A DNA stretch of 64,000 bases from Perkinsus chesapeaki ATCC PRA-425 (Eukaryota; Protista; Perkinsozoa), in the NCBI GenBank assembly GCA_013115145.1, contig JAAPAO010000114.1, forward strand, positions 1 through 64,000. The letters run 5' to 3'. The notes beneath the pieces are model-generated. The model did not search any database and was not told where the DNA came from. It saw only the letters and a program-made list of their open reading frames with translations. Of the stretch, positions 33,051 through 46,400 are shown piece by piece (position 1 is the stretch's first letter; every line of letters begins with the position of its first letter). The position numbers and the translations under genes were made by a program.

Positions 33051-34594
33051 TCCTCTTCATTTATTATGACACATAATTTATAAGCTTATGATATCCGGCA
33101 GCCGAATTCCGGCTTGCAACGTCCGTTTGTGTGGAGAACGCATCCGCTCAGTAGGTTTAAGCTCCGAACGCTTCTTCCTTAATTCAGTGTCGAACCACTG
33201 TGGTCCTGCATTCGTCCTGCAAGGATTCTTCGGCGCTTCTTTGGACTTGGTGTTATTGCTGCCACTTGTACCCTGGCAATTAGGGAATCACCGGTTATGT
33301 CTATGAGCGACGTTCATAGAAATAACCGTCGCTCATTAAGTGATGTCTTGTGTCTACTTTCTATGCTACCTAATCTAACCACCATCTAATGCAGTGGATG
33401 CAAGACCACTGCTTCGATTGGCGCGTATGGATCCTTCTGCAAGGAAGAGGTCTGACACAAGTTTCCCAAGCCTATTAAACGTCGAGTTTTCACAACTTGT
33501 AAATTACAAGTGTGATGTAAGGGATTCCAATGGGGGACTTGCTGACCCAGTGCTATCGCCACTACAGAGCAGTCTTTCCTCGTGTTACAAAGGGATTTCA
33601 GAACAGAATTAGAATGAAGATGCTATAATGATACTGTTCCTAAATTGCGCCACTGTTAGATTCCAGCTTTCGCAACCAAAGTTTCGCTACTGCAAACAGA
33701 TATATTATGTATATGTTCATTTCCCATATAAAATAAGAGTGAGTCATGATGATGGCCATTGGCAATTTACCAATCATTGGTGTAGCAGTATGAATATCTA
33801 TATATTTGGCCAGCGCGGCACAATGCCCGTTTGCGAGGGATTACAATGCGAAGTCGACTGAAATACACGACAGTGCAATGGACTGTGTGCATATCGGCAA
33901 GCTGACGAAAATTGGTCATTATTATTCGCTATACCCCATTTCCTAATAGAGTCACAAGCTATGACTCACAACAGCTATAGCATGGCTTTAGATCGCTCTG
34001 ATCAAAAAACAAGGACCTTGCGTGGTGTTCTACTGCGTATACAAGTTCTATGCATCGGCTTTGCATTAGTCTGACATCCATGTCATATAACAGGCTCTGT
34101 TAGCAGCCTTTAGAGAGCTTAGTTTTCACAGCATCCTAAACGTCATCCCGTCATCGGGCTAGTGGTTCCTGCTCATCCGGCTCGCTCTCTCCAGGTTGCT
34201 GTTGAGCGGGTTGTTGCTCCCCTTAAATGTAAGGTTGTGTATATTTCCTTGTTGTGTTGTCTCATGAATAAAGCCGCTATTGAAATCATTCCTCGCATTT
34301 TACTTATCCTCAACTTCTAGAACTGGTTTCAGACTGTTTAACGAGATTATATCTCCGCTGGTATGTTATCAAGCCACTCATCCTCACGGAACATGTCTTT
34401 GTAACTCACCGTCGAACTGAATGTGGTTATTAACTGACATGCTCTCGTCGTTCTCGCACTACTTTCTCGTGCCCATTGACAGTGACTAACTCTTGTAAAA
34501 CGACACACTCTCAAGGAAATCAAAGAAACCATGATTATAATAATTATTAAAAACTCAACGTGTCACTCGACCATAAAATCCAAAAACCCTCGGC

Positions 34595-37500
34595 CTATGC
34601 CAACTTGACCATCGACAGCCACTTATCTGAACCGGAAATGATCTTGGTACTCGAGAGGCCGGGGAATGTAGAATCCACGAGAATTCTCTGAATCTCCCTC
34701 AAAATATCTTCACTGAAAGTTACCAAAACGCATGCTATTCTCACTCAACTAAGACTTGGTCTCTTCTTACTCAAAACTTGCCACTCACTCGGGGCTAGCA
34801 ACGAGTTTTCTATCACCGCTTTCACAAAAATTCAGCGTTAGGGATGCTCTTCCCGAGAAAAAGATAGGGCCTGACGAAGCCCCAACTGACCAGAAGCTCT
34901 AAACTTCTTCTCGAACTTTTCATCGTTATGCTCGACAGACTTGATGTGACCCATCGGCAAATAAACCGACACGAAATGAGATGCTATCGCACAGCAATTC
35001 CCATCCGGAAACGTCGGTGCAAAAACGTTATATCTGACCAGAAAACGCACTGATGACAAATTTCTCCACCGGATTGAAACTCGAGTTTTTGAGGATTCAC
35101 TGGCCAGTATTCGATTCAAACTACTAACGGTTACTAAACACCCTCGACACTAACTAAAAGATATCCATCTACCACCGCAATATAATGTATCAATTATCTA
35201 GAGGTCGATAACTCGCAAAATGCCCAATCCCTTTGGGCATTCTCACTGCCAAGATCTAATATACTGAACGGCTGCTGCTTAGATACAAGCAACAGTTATA
35301 TCAGTACTTTTAATACCCCTCGTGAACTACTTCAGTCTCCAAAACTGAAAAAGTGCTCCCGCAAAGAGACGAAATCCGCTCACCGCTATTCAAAAAAATT
35401 CATTACAAGTCATTCTTCCTCGCCTCCAATTCCTCGTCGTTTTCCTTAACAACCCTCACATCTCCAACAACCTTCACAAACTCTCCCAAGTCCACCGAGG
35501 AATCGGCCGGCAGAGAGATGACGAAATGAGACTTCGCGTTGGTCAACACGAATGGAATGGAGAATCTGAGCAGCAGCAAGCACATAGAGTTACAAAAATA
35601 TAAAATGACCAATTTAAGAAAAAAAGCAACTAAAAAGCAGCAGGTGTATTTTTTTTCACGATTCGGAGGAATCTTGGAAGACCCGACACTTAAATGTATA
35701 CTTTAAATCCAAACCACTGTCAGCAGCTTTAATCTAACTCAGAGACATGACAGCTTCATCTCGAGTTCGCCAAAAAACTGCTTTTATTTTACTTCCGAGA
35801 TTACAGTGTCAAATAGCCTCTTTATTGTTGACACTAAGATTGCTACGGAAGATATTACATCTGCATTCTCCTTGACAAGATCAGGTTAGTAGTATCCCCT
35901 CACACACAAAGGAAAGGAGACGAGAAGCATCTTTAGCAATATTCCCGAAAGCACGCTAGAAATAATTTACCACAGAGAAGTATTAAAAATAGAACAGGGA
36001 GATCTGCTAATTTTCCCAAGTCAAGACCAAGCCTGAGCCTGTCATTATATTACAGTAAAATCTGGTCCATAGTAGTATCATTACTGCACCGCATGACAGT
36101 ATCAAATTCATCAACAATAGGAGGACGCTGCAGACCAAACAAAGCCGTACCTGAATGATGATGATCAAGGAGACCCATACAGAGGACGATAAGATCGCCG
36201 GAATTTCCTAAAAAAGAAAATGAATGAGCAACTTGACAACATCATTGATATACGTAATAAATGCTATGCAACTATCTATACGAAATATCTATTTCTCAAA
36301 AGTAATGATTCTTTATTCAGTCTGTCCTCTTCGACCAGGCCTGTAGAGGCGAGTTATTACAACTTCTTAAGCCCAGTTAAAATTATCATATTAATAGAGA
36401 TTATTTATAATTCTATACTTTAATAATTCTAATATATCATACTATTATTCATTCATAATTTATATAACAATTTACTCACAAAGCAAACTGCTGTTCTTAC
36501 GCGGTCCGCTCTGTCGGCTCCTCTTCGGTCCACATGCCGCCACTAAATACTCCACAATAACAGACATATATCCCTTCATAACCTGAATAAAACCACCAAT
36601 AACTTCCAGCGGTAGGTCGACAATACCAAAATGTGAGGTGCGAAGATGATGCAAAGCACATCGTGATTCTCTCAAACGATATGCCAGTTTAAGCATTACA
36701 CCAATTTATGTACTTCCGATTTTACCGAGAACAGCGATCACCTTCAACTGTCCCCGAAGATTGCTCGGAAGAGAAACTCAGAAGAACGATCACATCACCG
36801 CCGCCGCCGCAGCCATTCGCAGTTCACGACCCAATGTGAACAGATTCCAGTGCATCGAAGGAAACCTACTACGGCCCCAGAACCTGGGTCCCTACCACAA
36901 TACTACTATTTCGCTGAATTGCGAAAAGCCATTATTATCATCAGACAATTTATATAACGTGAGAACGATATATCTCATAGTAGGTAATAATTTACATGTC
37001 TCATCACTTTAAGTGCTGTAATGATTATAATACCAAGCATCACATACTTCTTGCTATTACGACTAACAAGAGTAAAATTTTGAAAAATATTTGTCAAATC
37101 CACCATAAGACACCTTTCGATGCCAAACTAATGTTCCCACAGTAACTAAAACTCGACCTTACCTCATCATTAGCCAACTGAAGGTATCGATCGTACTCTC
37201 CATGAGACTTCGTGGCTTCTTCCCGCAAGAATCTGAAATGAAAGACGCCGCACTATTACCAAATCCTGCACCTAGAACACTCATAGCTCACTTCTCGGTG
37301 TATTGAGATTGATAACCAGGAGTGCTGCTGGGAATAATCACTGGGAAGGTGGTATACCTAACAAACAACCAACACTTGCAACACCAGCATTAACAGCAAC
37401 AACCATATCAGCAGTACAGCAAAGAATACTAATGAAAGCAATTTAATAATGAAAGCTACAAGGTACACATAAAATTGAGACAACTCAATTGATCCATAAT

Positions 37501-40500
37501 CGAGGTCGAAAAGTGCACGAAAATTCCTTCACGTTTTCTACATAAGAATACGATCCGAGTCTCCCTAGAATCGAGGCGATTTGAAAATGTTGAATTTAAC
37601 TTGTAGAAAAACATCGAAACAGTTAAAGACGTTTAAAAATTGCTACTTATTCAAATCCTTTCTAGGCGGGAATTCCCCAAAGCATTCTCCATCCTGGGGC
37701 CTCGCTTGAGCTGTTAATGCTGGTCGCTCCAAAGTACCCAAAGTATATCTGAACCGAGAAACGAAATCATCGACCATGTAGCTGGCGTGTGAAAACTGGC
37801 ACGAGAAAAGTTGAAAAAATTTATAAATCAAAAATGGAGTTTACCCGGACTTCTCACACCTCTTGGTGTGGAATAAAACATGACGAAATATTATGACAAA
37901 TACTTCAATCCAAACTACAATACTCTAATCCAAGCTACTTACACCACAACAGAAGTACTCTCGAATATCTTCATAGCGAGGTCACCACCATCATCTGCAT
38001 TCACCGCCACTGAGATAGGTTGGTGCACATTCAACCACTTAGACACGGATTTTAGCGTGGCCTCGTCGATGGCCTAAAACATGCAACGATGTAATACTTT
38101 TTTAGTATTCAAATTACTCACTGGAATGTAACTAAAGAAACTAATGAGCTCGAAATGAATAGAATCATTCGAGTGTCACCAGCGGTGTGTGCTCGAGATA
38201 CCAGCGGAAAAACACGACGAAAATTTTAAAGAAAAAGAATCATTTCCGAATCAATGAAATAATCTTACCTCCGGTGTCGTAACATCCAAAAAACATTCTC
38301 TCCATTGTTCTGAAATATCCTCTGGAGGGGTGAAGCCCATTCTTATAGCCACGCGGGGATTCTCACGGAGTGCCTGAAAGAGCAAACATTCAGCAGCAGC
38401 AGCAGCAGAAATTTATTATTTTAAAAGCATTAGCTTATTGGTTTATTGACTACCAACTAGCAGTTAGTTCGAGACCACTACAAATGATTTGGCCTCGTTT
38501 CAGCTCAAATACTTATAACACCAACCGACATAACATCATCGTTCACTCACCTTAAACAGATTTATCAATCACACACATCTACTTAGTTGCAGTTGCTCAA
38601 CCACGATACTACTATAAATTATAATAATACTACTATAGTATTACTTGTACAGTGAGACTGCTGCTGTGCATACTGGACTGTTCTAGTGGATATTACTATT
38701 ACAACATACATTATAATTATTCGGGCTACAAGATACTACGATATTATTACTCTAATATAATACTACTATTCACTCACCTCATATCCGTCCAAAAGCGGGC
38801 CTTCGCTGGAGTTGTTCAGCAACGCACTACATTCTCCTTTAGCCAATGCTTCCGGCGCACTGTTGTAGACAGGTAAACCGGCGTATCTTAGGTTGAAGCT
38901 GGAAGATTCCCGCAGAGGTTAAACAAGCTTACATTGACGATACATCTTCCTTGGTAACCTTCGGAACCACCAAATGACGGAGAGCTGTGCATTGACCCTT
39001 ATTCTCGATACCTTATAATAGTAAGCAAAACCATTCCCGCTCATTTCGAGAAATACTACACAGACTACAATCTGGTGGCCTTTAATTAGCATTCAACTAA
39101 ATTACTCTTTAGTAATTCACCTACGCTTTTTAACATCACGACATTATAAAAGAGCATATAATAAAATGAATTTGGAATACAAAGTTAGGATATCTTTATT
39201 ATTACTGAGAGCTGCATTTCCCAAGCCATTAAAGTATGTCAGCCGATGTGAATTTACCGATGAAATCCGTTGCGACTCCTACTACTTGCAATGACATTAG
39301 CTTATATTCAAGATCTACCACTATTATAAATTATTCTAAATCGAAATCAATTCTCAACTAAAAATTAGCTAACGATAATAAGATACAAGACATACACCTC
39401 CCGACCTCGGAGTTGCAAAAATCCGAGACACTTACAATTGCTGATTCTCGCAGCCTCGGCAACTTTACTGTTAAAGGCAGTCGCTATCATAGTGTTTGGG
39501 CCACCGGTCGACGCCATCATTGAGCCTGATAATTTAGCAATCCAATGATATTCCAATCCGATGAATTCCGTAAGAATCATCCACTAGAATTCAGAGCGAC
39601 CAACTTATTAATGATACATTATTAATGGAAAATCGCTACATACCAACTTTCGGAAGATATAATTAGCTGATAATCGATTTATTACTACGGCCCAACGCAT
39701 CCCTTAAATGTGTAATTATCCGCACAAGCGAAAAGCCAATTTGAGCTGCAACATGAAAAGACGCCCACTCCAACTTTAGCGTGCAATACCCTACACGATA
39801 AATTCGATTTAAAACAACTCACCAACAACTGGTTTAATCTTCTCGGCAATCGCCCTCGATCCAGTGAAGTACATCGGTGATTTGGGGAAAGTTTGGTAGA
39901 GTTCCCGCTGCTCATTTACACCACAGGAGACAAACCTGACAACATCGATACGACGAATGGACTCAAGCAGCGAATGAGGCCAAGAGACCGTCGTGACTTT
40001 GAATGAATGCAAGATAATCCAACGGATCATTGTCACAACAATTGAATTACGCCCAGTTCGATATACCTTCCAAATACTATCCAACGAATATTATCAGTAA
40101 AATGTTTTACATCACCGAGAATCTCAACAACGATTAAAAATATAAAGCATGTCATTTGACTAGATTCAGCATCAACTTCAGGGGTAGAGTAAAATGTCTC
40201 AAATTAGATGCAAGTTGATAAATGAATTTCCGTCCCAAGTGGCTTACGTGAGATATTTTGGATCAACTTGTTCCTGAATCATCATTTGTAATAATAATTG
40301 AGCCCATCTAAACATATGCTGTGAAGTGTTACCCCTCGACATTATAACCACTGGGACCTAAACGTAATTATGGATACCAGCAGGCGATAGTTATACCTAC
40401 GCGCGCGAAGTTTGAATAAACCGCAAGCTAAGCGGAGTGTGATAAAATCCAACACTATCTATCTTTATAAGATGCCTTTTTAAATACACAAGTACACAGT

Positions 40501-42323
40501 TTGTACTCCCATATATTTCATGGATACTATTATACAACTAGCGACAAATGTTATTACTATAACAAATGCCTCAGCATCACATGTACACTCGAAATTTTAT
40601 CAGGGCTCAGCAGCAGTTTATCAGAACTAATCGAGCCCGCTGCCACAGCCCCGGTCATACCCCAATGATGATCAACTGGCCGAATTGGTGCTGCGCAAAA
40701 ATACCATAGAGACGCGGAATTGAAAAGTGAACGAAGTGCAAAATCGCTATTATTACTGGTACAATACAAGTAAATACAAATTATAAATAATAAAATAGAA
40801 TTTATCACATGCAACGAACACTTTGAAATTCAATGCTCGATAATCATTTGATTACATTGTAAATAAGTTCGTAAAAGTACACTGTGAAAACTGAGGTAGC
40901 ATGCTTTTCATTACCAATATTACTAAAAGATTAAGTCACGAAAACACCAATGGTCGATTACGTTGCTTGAATAAAAACGTATAAACCACCACCACCACCG
41001 ATGCCTACTTACCCCAAGTTCAATATTCCTGATAGACTTCCGGAAAAGATCCAAAAAATTCGTGAAATTGCTGACACAACCAACAAACGCAGGATAGCGG
41101 CGAATCTTGACATCTGAAAAAACAATTACAGAAAAAAAAACAAAAAAAATTACCTCCTTTTTTTTCGTCGTCGAAAATGGCGTCATTAAATTGTCTCTCC
41201 ACCGCGTTGGCTTCGACCGACTCAACTATCTCCGTCACACCTGCGAGGGGAACAGATGAGTATATCGATTACTGCAAGACGATGAAATCGAATGTGGATA
41301 TCAAAGTAGTGTTAATGTGCGGAACTAGAAAACCAAGTTGATTCGTCCAATCAGAAAGAGTTTTCGGAACAAAACAAAAAAAACCGAGGCGTGCAGCTGA
41401 TTGCATAAGAAGGACGAAATAATAAGTTTCATATGATCCAGCATTTCCCGACAACGCAGTGTAAACTCACCGTCTTGTTTTTGATAATCGATTGCTTGCG
41501 CACCGATGATCGCTCCAGCTCCGGGACCGGACAGGAACTTGGCTTCGATCTGCCGCATAGGCTCACGAAGGTCAACGGGAGGGGACTGGGCCGAATCTGA
41601 TAGAAAAATAGGAAATACGGCGAGTGGCTAATGATAGACCAATTGTGATGAAATGTAAATCAGCACGCAAATCATTACGATAAGCAATTTCTTACTATCG
41701 ACGAGTTATTAACTTGAACTAGTAACGGGTTTGCCGAACAGCGAAAGTTTAGTCGATTCACAAATCAACGAGTAAATGGTATCTTTTTCACCTGTGAGAT
41801 TCTTGAGGTGCTCTGTCACTTTTTCCATCACTTCCGGCGTCGCCAGTATTTGCTTGCCATTCACCTCATCTACAAAAATGTAGACAAGACGGAATTCGAA
41901 CTGAAGTTAGCTTACTAAAGGCATTCACAGTATCGACGGTTTGACCGTCACGAAGCTGCTCACCGGCGACGATCGTCACTATTGGATCTTCGGACCTGAA
42001 AAATGGACAAGATAACATGTTAGAAGCAAATTGATAATAAAAAACTGATAATTTGATTATTCTGAAAAAAAGCGAACAAATAAATGATAAAGACGGAAAT
42101 AAATAAATGATAAAGACGTGAATAAACAATGACAGACATTAGTAACTAACAAATACGAAACAAAGAAGGAATAACAAACAACTTGTTACCATAATTCCTT
42201 CTTAAAATTCTTAATATAATCGAGTGCTTGTCCTCTAAGTTCATCTTCATTAGCTTCTGGTCTATCCCTTGTAATACAACCAAGATAATCATCAGTACCA
42301 AACAAATATTTCATATTCACCAT
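34595..42323 (-). CDS. Aldehyde dehydrogenase-superfamily protein (PutA/P5CDH-like), many exons; distal 3' exons below ~37650 tentative
   Basis: In-frame spliced exons: [23 protein letters not shown]; [12 protein letters not shown]; MYFTGS (39857-39868); [13 protein letters not shown] (39436-39525); SN|[16 protein letters not shown] (Cys codon 38989-38991). These match the PutA motifs IAETGGxNAMIV and AGQRCSALR. Confidence 0.75.
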
Positions 42324-43478
42324 GTTTAAGATAAAACCAACAAACAATGCAACGATTTAAAGATAAACAACGCTTATTTAAAAAAGCGCGCGCCATTGTA
42401 ATCGATATCTTTATTTGGCGGATGCGATCTCAGATTGATTTTGATATGTGGAAAGACGGTATTACTCGAAATAGCATTTTGAGTATATTAGCAATTGACA
42501 GATACACTCGGCGAGATTACCTTAATTGCATTATAAAATAAATCCAAGTTGGTGACGGGAAGTGATAAAGACTTTTATAAATTACCGTGGGTGAATTAGT
42601 CAAAATCATGCCTCTGTTACTATCATTAATATTGATAATTGTGATACAGTACTATCACTTGGCAACAATGCTCACCAAAAGGGCAATATCTATTCACTGG
42701 GAAGGTTTGGGAGAATTTGCCGTCACGGTTTTTTGTGGCAGTTCGCCGACTGCAAAGCTCGTTTGGAGTACATACATAATTTAATGGCCTGGATAGTGTT
42801 TGGTCCCGGACAAGGCAACTTTGATAGGAACCCGATTTATTTTGGAAATTCTTCCTGGTGAAATTTTCTATGGAAATTTCCTTAGTGGAATAGAAAGCGG
42901 ATTAGTGCTTGAAACATCGTTAAATACGCCTCAATAGATTTAGGTCCTTCGATTAGCGAATTACAATTACAACGTCTTATTGCATATTTACCGTCGATAA
43001 CAACATATTACTTTGTCGAAGTAGAATCATCCGATAGTAATGCGCGAGCATTACTTTCCATACCATCTATTCAATCCATCCTTATCCGAGCGCAAGGATT
43101 TACCATACTTCCTCCCTATCACGGCGGAACCTTCCATAAATCAATAACGTGCTCTTTACGTCGATCTGGAGAGGAGTAATGGTGGCTGACAGAGCAAGCA
43201 GGCAGTAGGTGGAAGATTTCAAAGGGTAGATCAATTGGAATATAATTGGTCAATGTTAGACACTTGGTCAATTACATCAAAATTGTCATTGGTAGTAGGA
43301 ATGTCTCACTTAGTCAGAATAATCCTCTTCCGTCCCGGAGTAGTAGTATTTGGAAAGTGTGTGTCATTATTTCGATTATAGTGAATTATTCACAGTGCTG
43401 CAGTGCTACTACTGTAGCGGTGCCACGGAACCGACATACGTTTATGTTGCTTCAGTGTTATTTCTTTATCCTTTTATT

Positions 43479-46400
43479 ATGACCCTCCTCAGTCAGGCCA
43501 ATCACGCCTGCCAAAAAGGCGACCTGGAGCAAGCGTAGTAGATGGGGGTGGGCGAGGGGTTGATAATGAATTTGGGCAATGCAGTTAACAAGGCTGAAAT
43601 ATGATGAAATTGGCGTTTCATAACTATGCGAAGTGCACATCAAATGGTAAACGATAACGACGTAGAGACTCATATATATTGCTCAAATAGCTGAATGTGT
43701 GGAAGTGAGAATACGTATTGTTAACGAGAATGAATTGCAGCTCGAGTGCATCACTGAAAACGCCAATGTGAAGTATGTGTTGCCGAGCAAAGAAATCAGA
43801 CGGACATAAATTCGCTTGCATATGCTGAGTATTATGGGGAAAGGCAATCGTGGAAAGAACACTTGCAGACCTTCGTTCGAAAAATACGGTATTTATTGTG
43901 AAAATTGTTGATGAAAGACCCTGAAAAATTAGGAAAAATTTCCGCAAATTTTAGGTATGATCGTCTGAAGGCAGTGTTTGGAGATGATACTAAGAAGGAG
44001 GATATCGTGGACGGATTCGGGCAGACACCGCTGTATTATGCAGTGCAGAGGAAACCCGATCAGGAAGCAAAAGAGCTATCAAGAAGATTAATTGATGAGT
44101 ATTCGCCGGGCTACCCAATAGCTTTCCGTCACATTTGAGTTTTACTCGCGGTGCCGTAAATTATTAAGATTCATACCACTGAAGTTACCGCCAAAACAGT
44201 GTTTTGGCGGACCTATGGGTTGAATCAGGCGACGCATAAACGAATTATCGGTATCATATTATTTGATATGCCCAAATGAACAACTGTCTTCCTCGGTTTG
44301 GGAAGTGTCTGTGAGAGATCTTGAATTCGTGGTTGGCTTGAGTGCGAACGAAGTACTGGAGATGAGCATTTAGATATTGATGATTCATCTATTAGCGCCT
44401 TAATAGGGCTTTGCTGTCGTACGGGCTGAATCTGTAGTCATACTCTCTACCGAACGCTACAAACACACACCATAATTGAGTGTTACCTACTTCCACTACC
44501 GTCCTCGGTGGGCACTACGACACGCGAATTTCTAATGTGTTCTCTGCGAATGAGGTGTAATTCATGAGTGCAATATGGTAGATTCAAACGCTGTCAGAGG
44601 AAGTGTCGGTATGAGTTGTCGTTATTCAGGTTTGGTCTCAAAGCAAATCATAGAGACCAAATGCAACAGACGCCTTTGTTCTATGCGGCATTAGTAGGCA
44701 ATACTGCAACATGCGAATTGCTACTGGAGAAGGGAGCTCAAGTTGATGCATTGGATACAAATAGGCAAACAGCATTGTAGTATCAGGAATAAGGAAATGG
44801 GGAATCATTCCTTGAGGACAAAAATTTTAGTTTATCTTGCATCTTCATTCTGGGCCGAAATAGATGAATCGGCGGTGATGCAGAGTTATTCGTATATTGT
44901 CGGTTGCTTGTTGAAGTGAATTATTTGTTACTTTTATTGTTCATATCACTATTAGCGGCTGAATGATGATAAGGCGACTTCCCGATTCCGAGAGCTGAGC
45001 TTCGAATCTAAATTTCAATGACGCTTTGGTATCACTTTTAATCGTATCAACATGATCGCCCAAACTACATCGTTTCCCGGTCAATGGTGTAGGAAAACCA
45101 TTCAATCAATTCAAAAACGATGGTTAAACGGGTTTGTTCTTCAAACGAGGTTTCAGTCACTTAAGATACTTCTCCAAAATTAAAATTTGGCAATTGGCAA
45201 TTTTTTGCGATCTTTAAATTCGGACGAAGTTTTGATTTTGATTTTGAAACTCCATTCTAATTGATTGAGAAAAACTTGAGCTGAACCGGGAAATGATGTA
45301 AATGCTTTTTGTACTATAGACGTATACGGATTAAATCTAGTAATCGTATATCTTCCGCCGACATCAATCTAAAGGTTGAAAATTGTTAAAGACGTTTTGG
45401 ATTTCTGTGTTCCAACATATTAGTAATAATTTAGTTCTAAGTGCTAGTGGGTTCCGAGCTGCGACTCCTGGGTGGAACATTAAGTAAATAACATCGTTTA
45501 ATAACGAATTCGTGGGATCTTAATGTATCGTCCGGAAATTGTCAACACCTGGACGAGCTGTCTAGTGAAGTGGAGCATTCTTTTCTGTAAGGTTTTACGC
45601 CGTACGCGAAGGTCAAATTCACTGTACAAGAGCACTGGTGACAGTGCACGGTGCGAAGGCCGATATAGTGGATCATACTGGACAGGTTAGGGGTGGGTTC
45701 GTGGAGGAAATTGAATTAGGGGGTGTAACTCGGCAAATTCGAAATGAATTGCAGATCGCCGAGAACAGAATAACCATATCACAAACACCTCTGCGTCGTA
45801 TATTGAATTGGTCGGCCACTGCCTAGAGGTGCTTCTGGTACTTTGAGAGCCTGATAGAGGCTGCTATTAGCACTGGATTCCCAGTCCCAGGATTTGCGAC
45901 GTGAACGCTGCAGCGTGGTTCAAATCCCTCTGAAGTCGTCTGCTTCGGTTTGAGTCCGGATATCATCCAGTTGGCTTGGGCCACATGATTTACTCGTCTC
46001 TCCATGCGAGCTCTACCATTATTGTTCCATTTCTGTTGGCATTGCCAACTTGGCAAATTCTCTCACCACTTTACGGGTCACTCATCATCGCAAGTGAGGG
46101 GGTGGTTCCCCCCAAATTCTAAGGTACCCTCTTTGTATGACCACCCACCGACCCCCCACGAAACCCAGGATACCCCCATAACCCTGGGTGGTAGGATATG
46201 TCAGTGACATAATGTCGCATTTCATGTGTGGAGGACTTCAGCTCGACAGACTGTTGACACTGTCGACAACAGCGTTTCAATATGAAATAGAGATTCAAAC
46301 CCATCATTATTGAAATTCATAATTCATTAGAACTTCTGCCATCACGTTTATGACATGAATCACGAGTACCAGCTTAAGTAATGCCAGTAGAAGACTTTTA

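Noticed and set aside
33130-33290. Minus-strand PQWFDTELRKKRSEL resembling the LINE ORF2 linker
   Set aside because: Isolated motif with no endonuclease or RT nearby; may be an ordinary exon.
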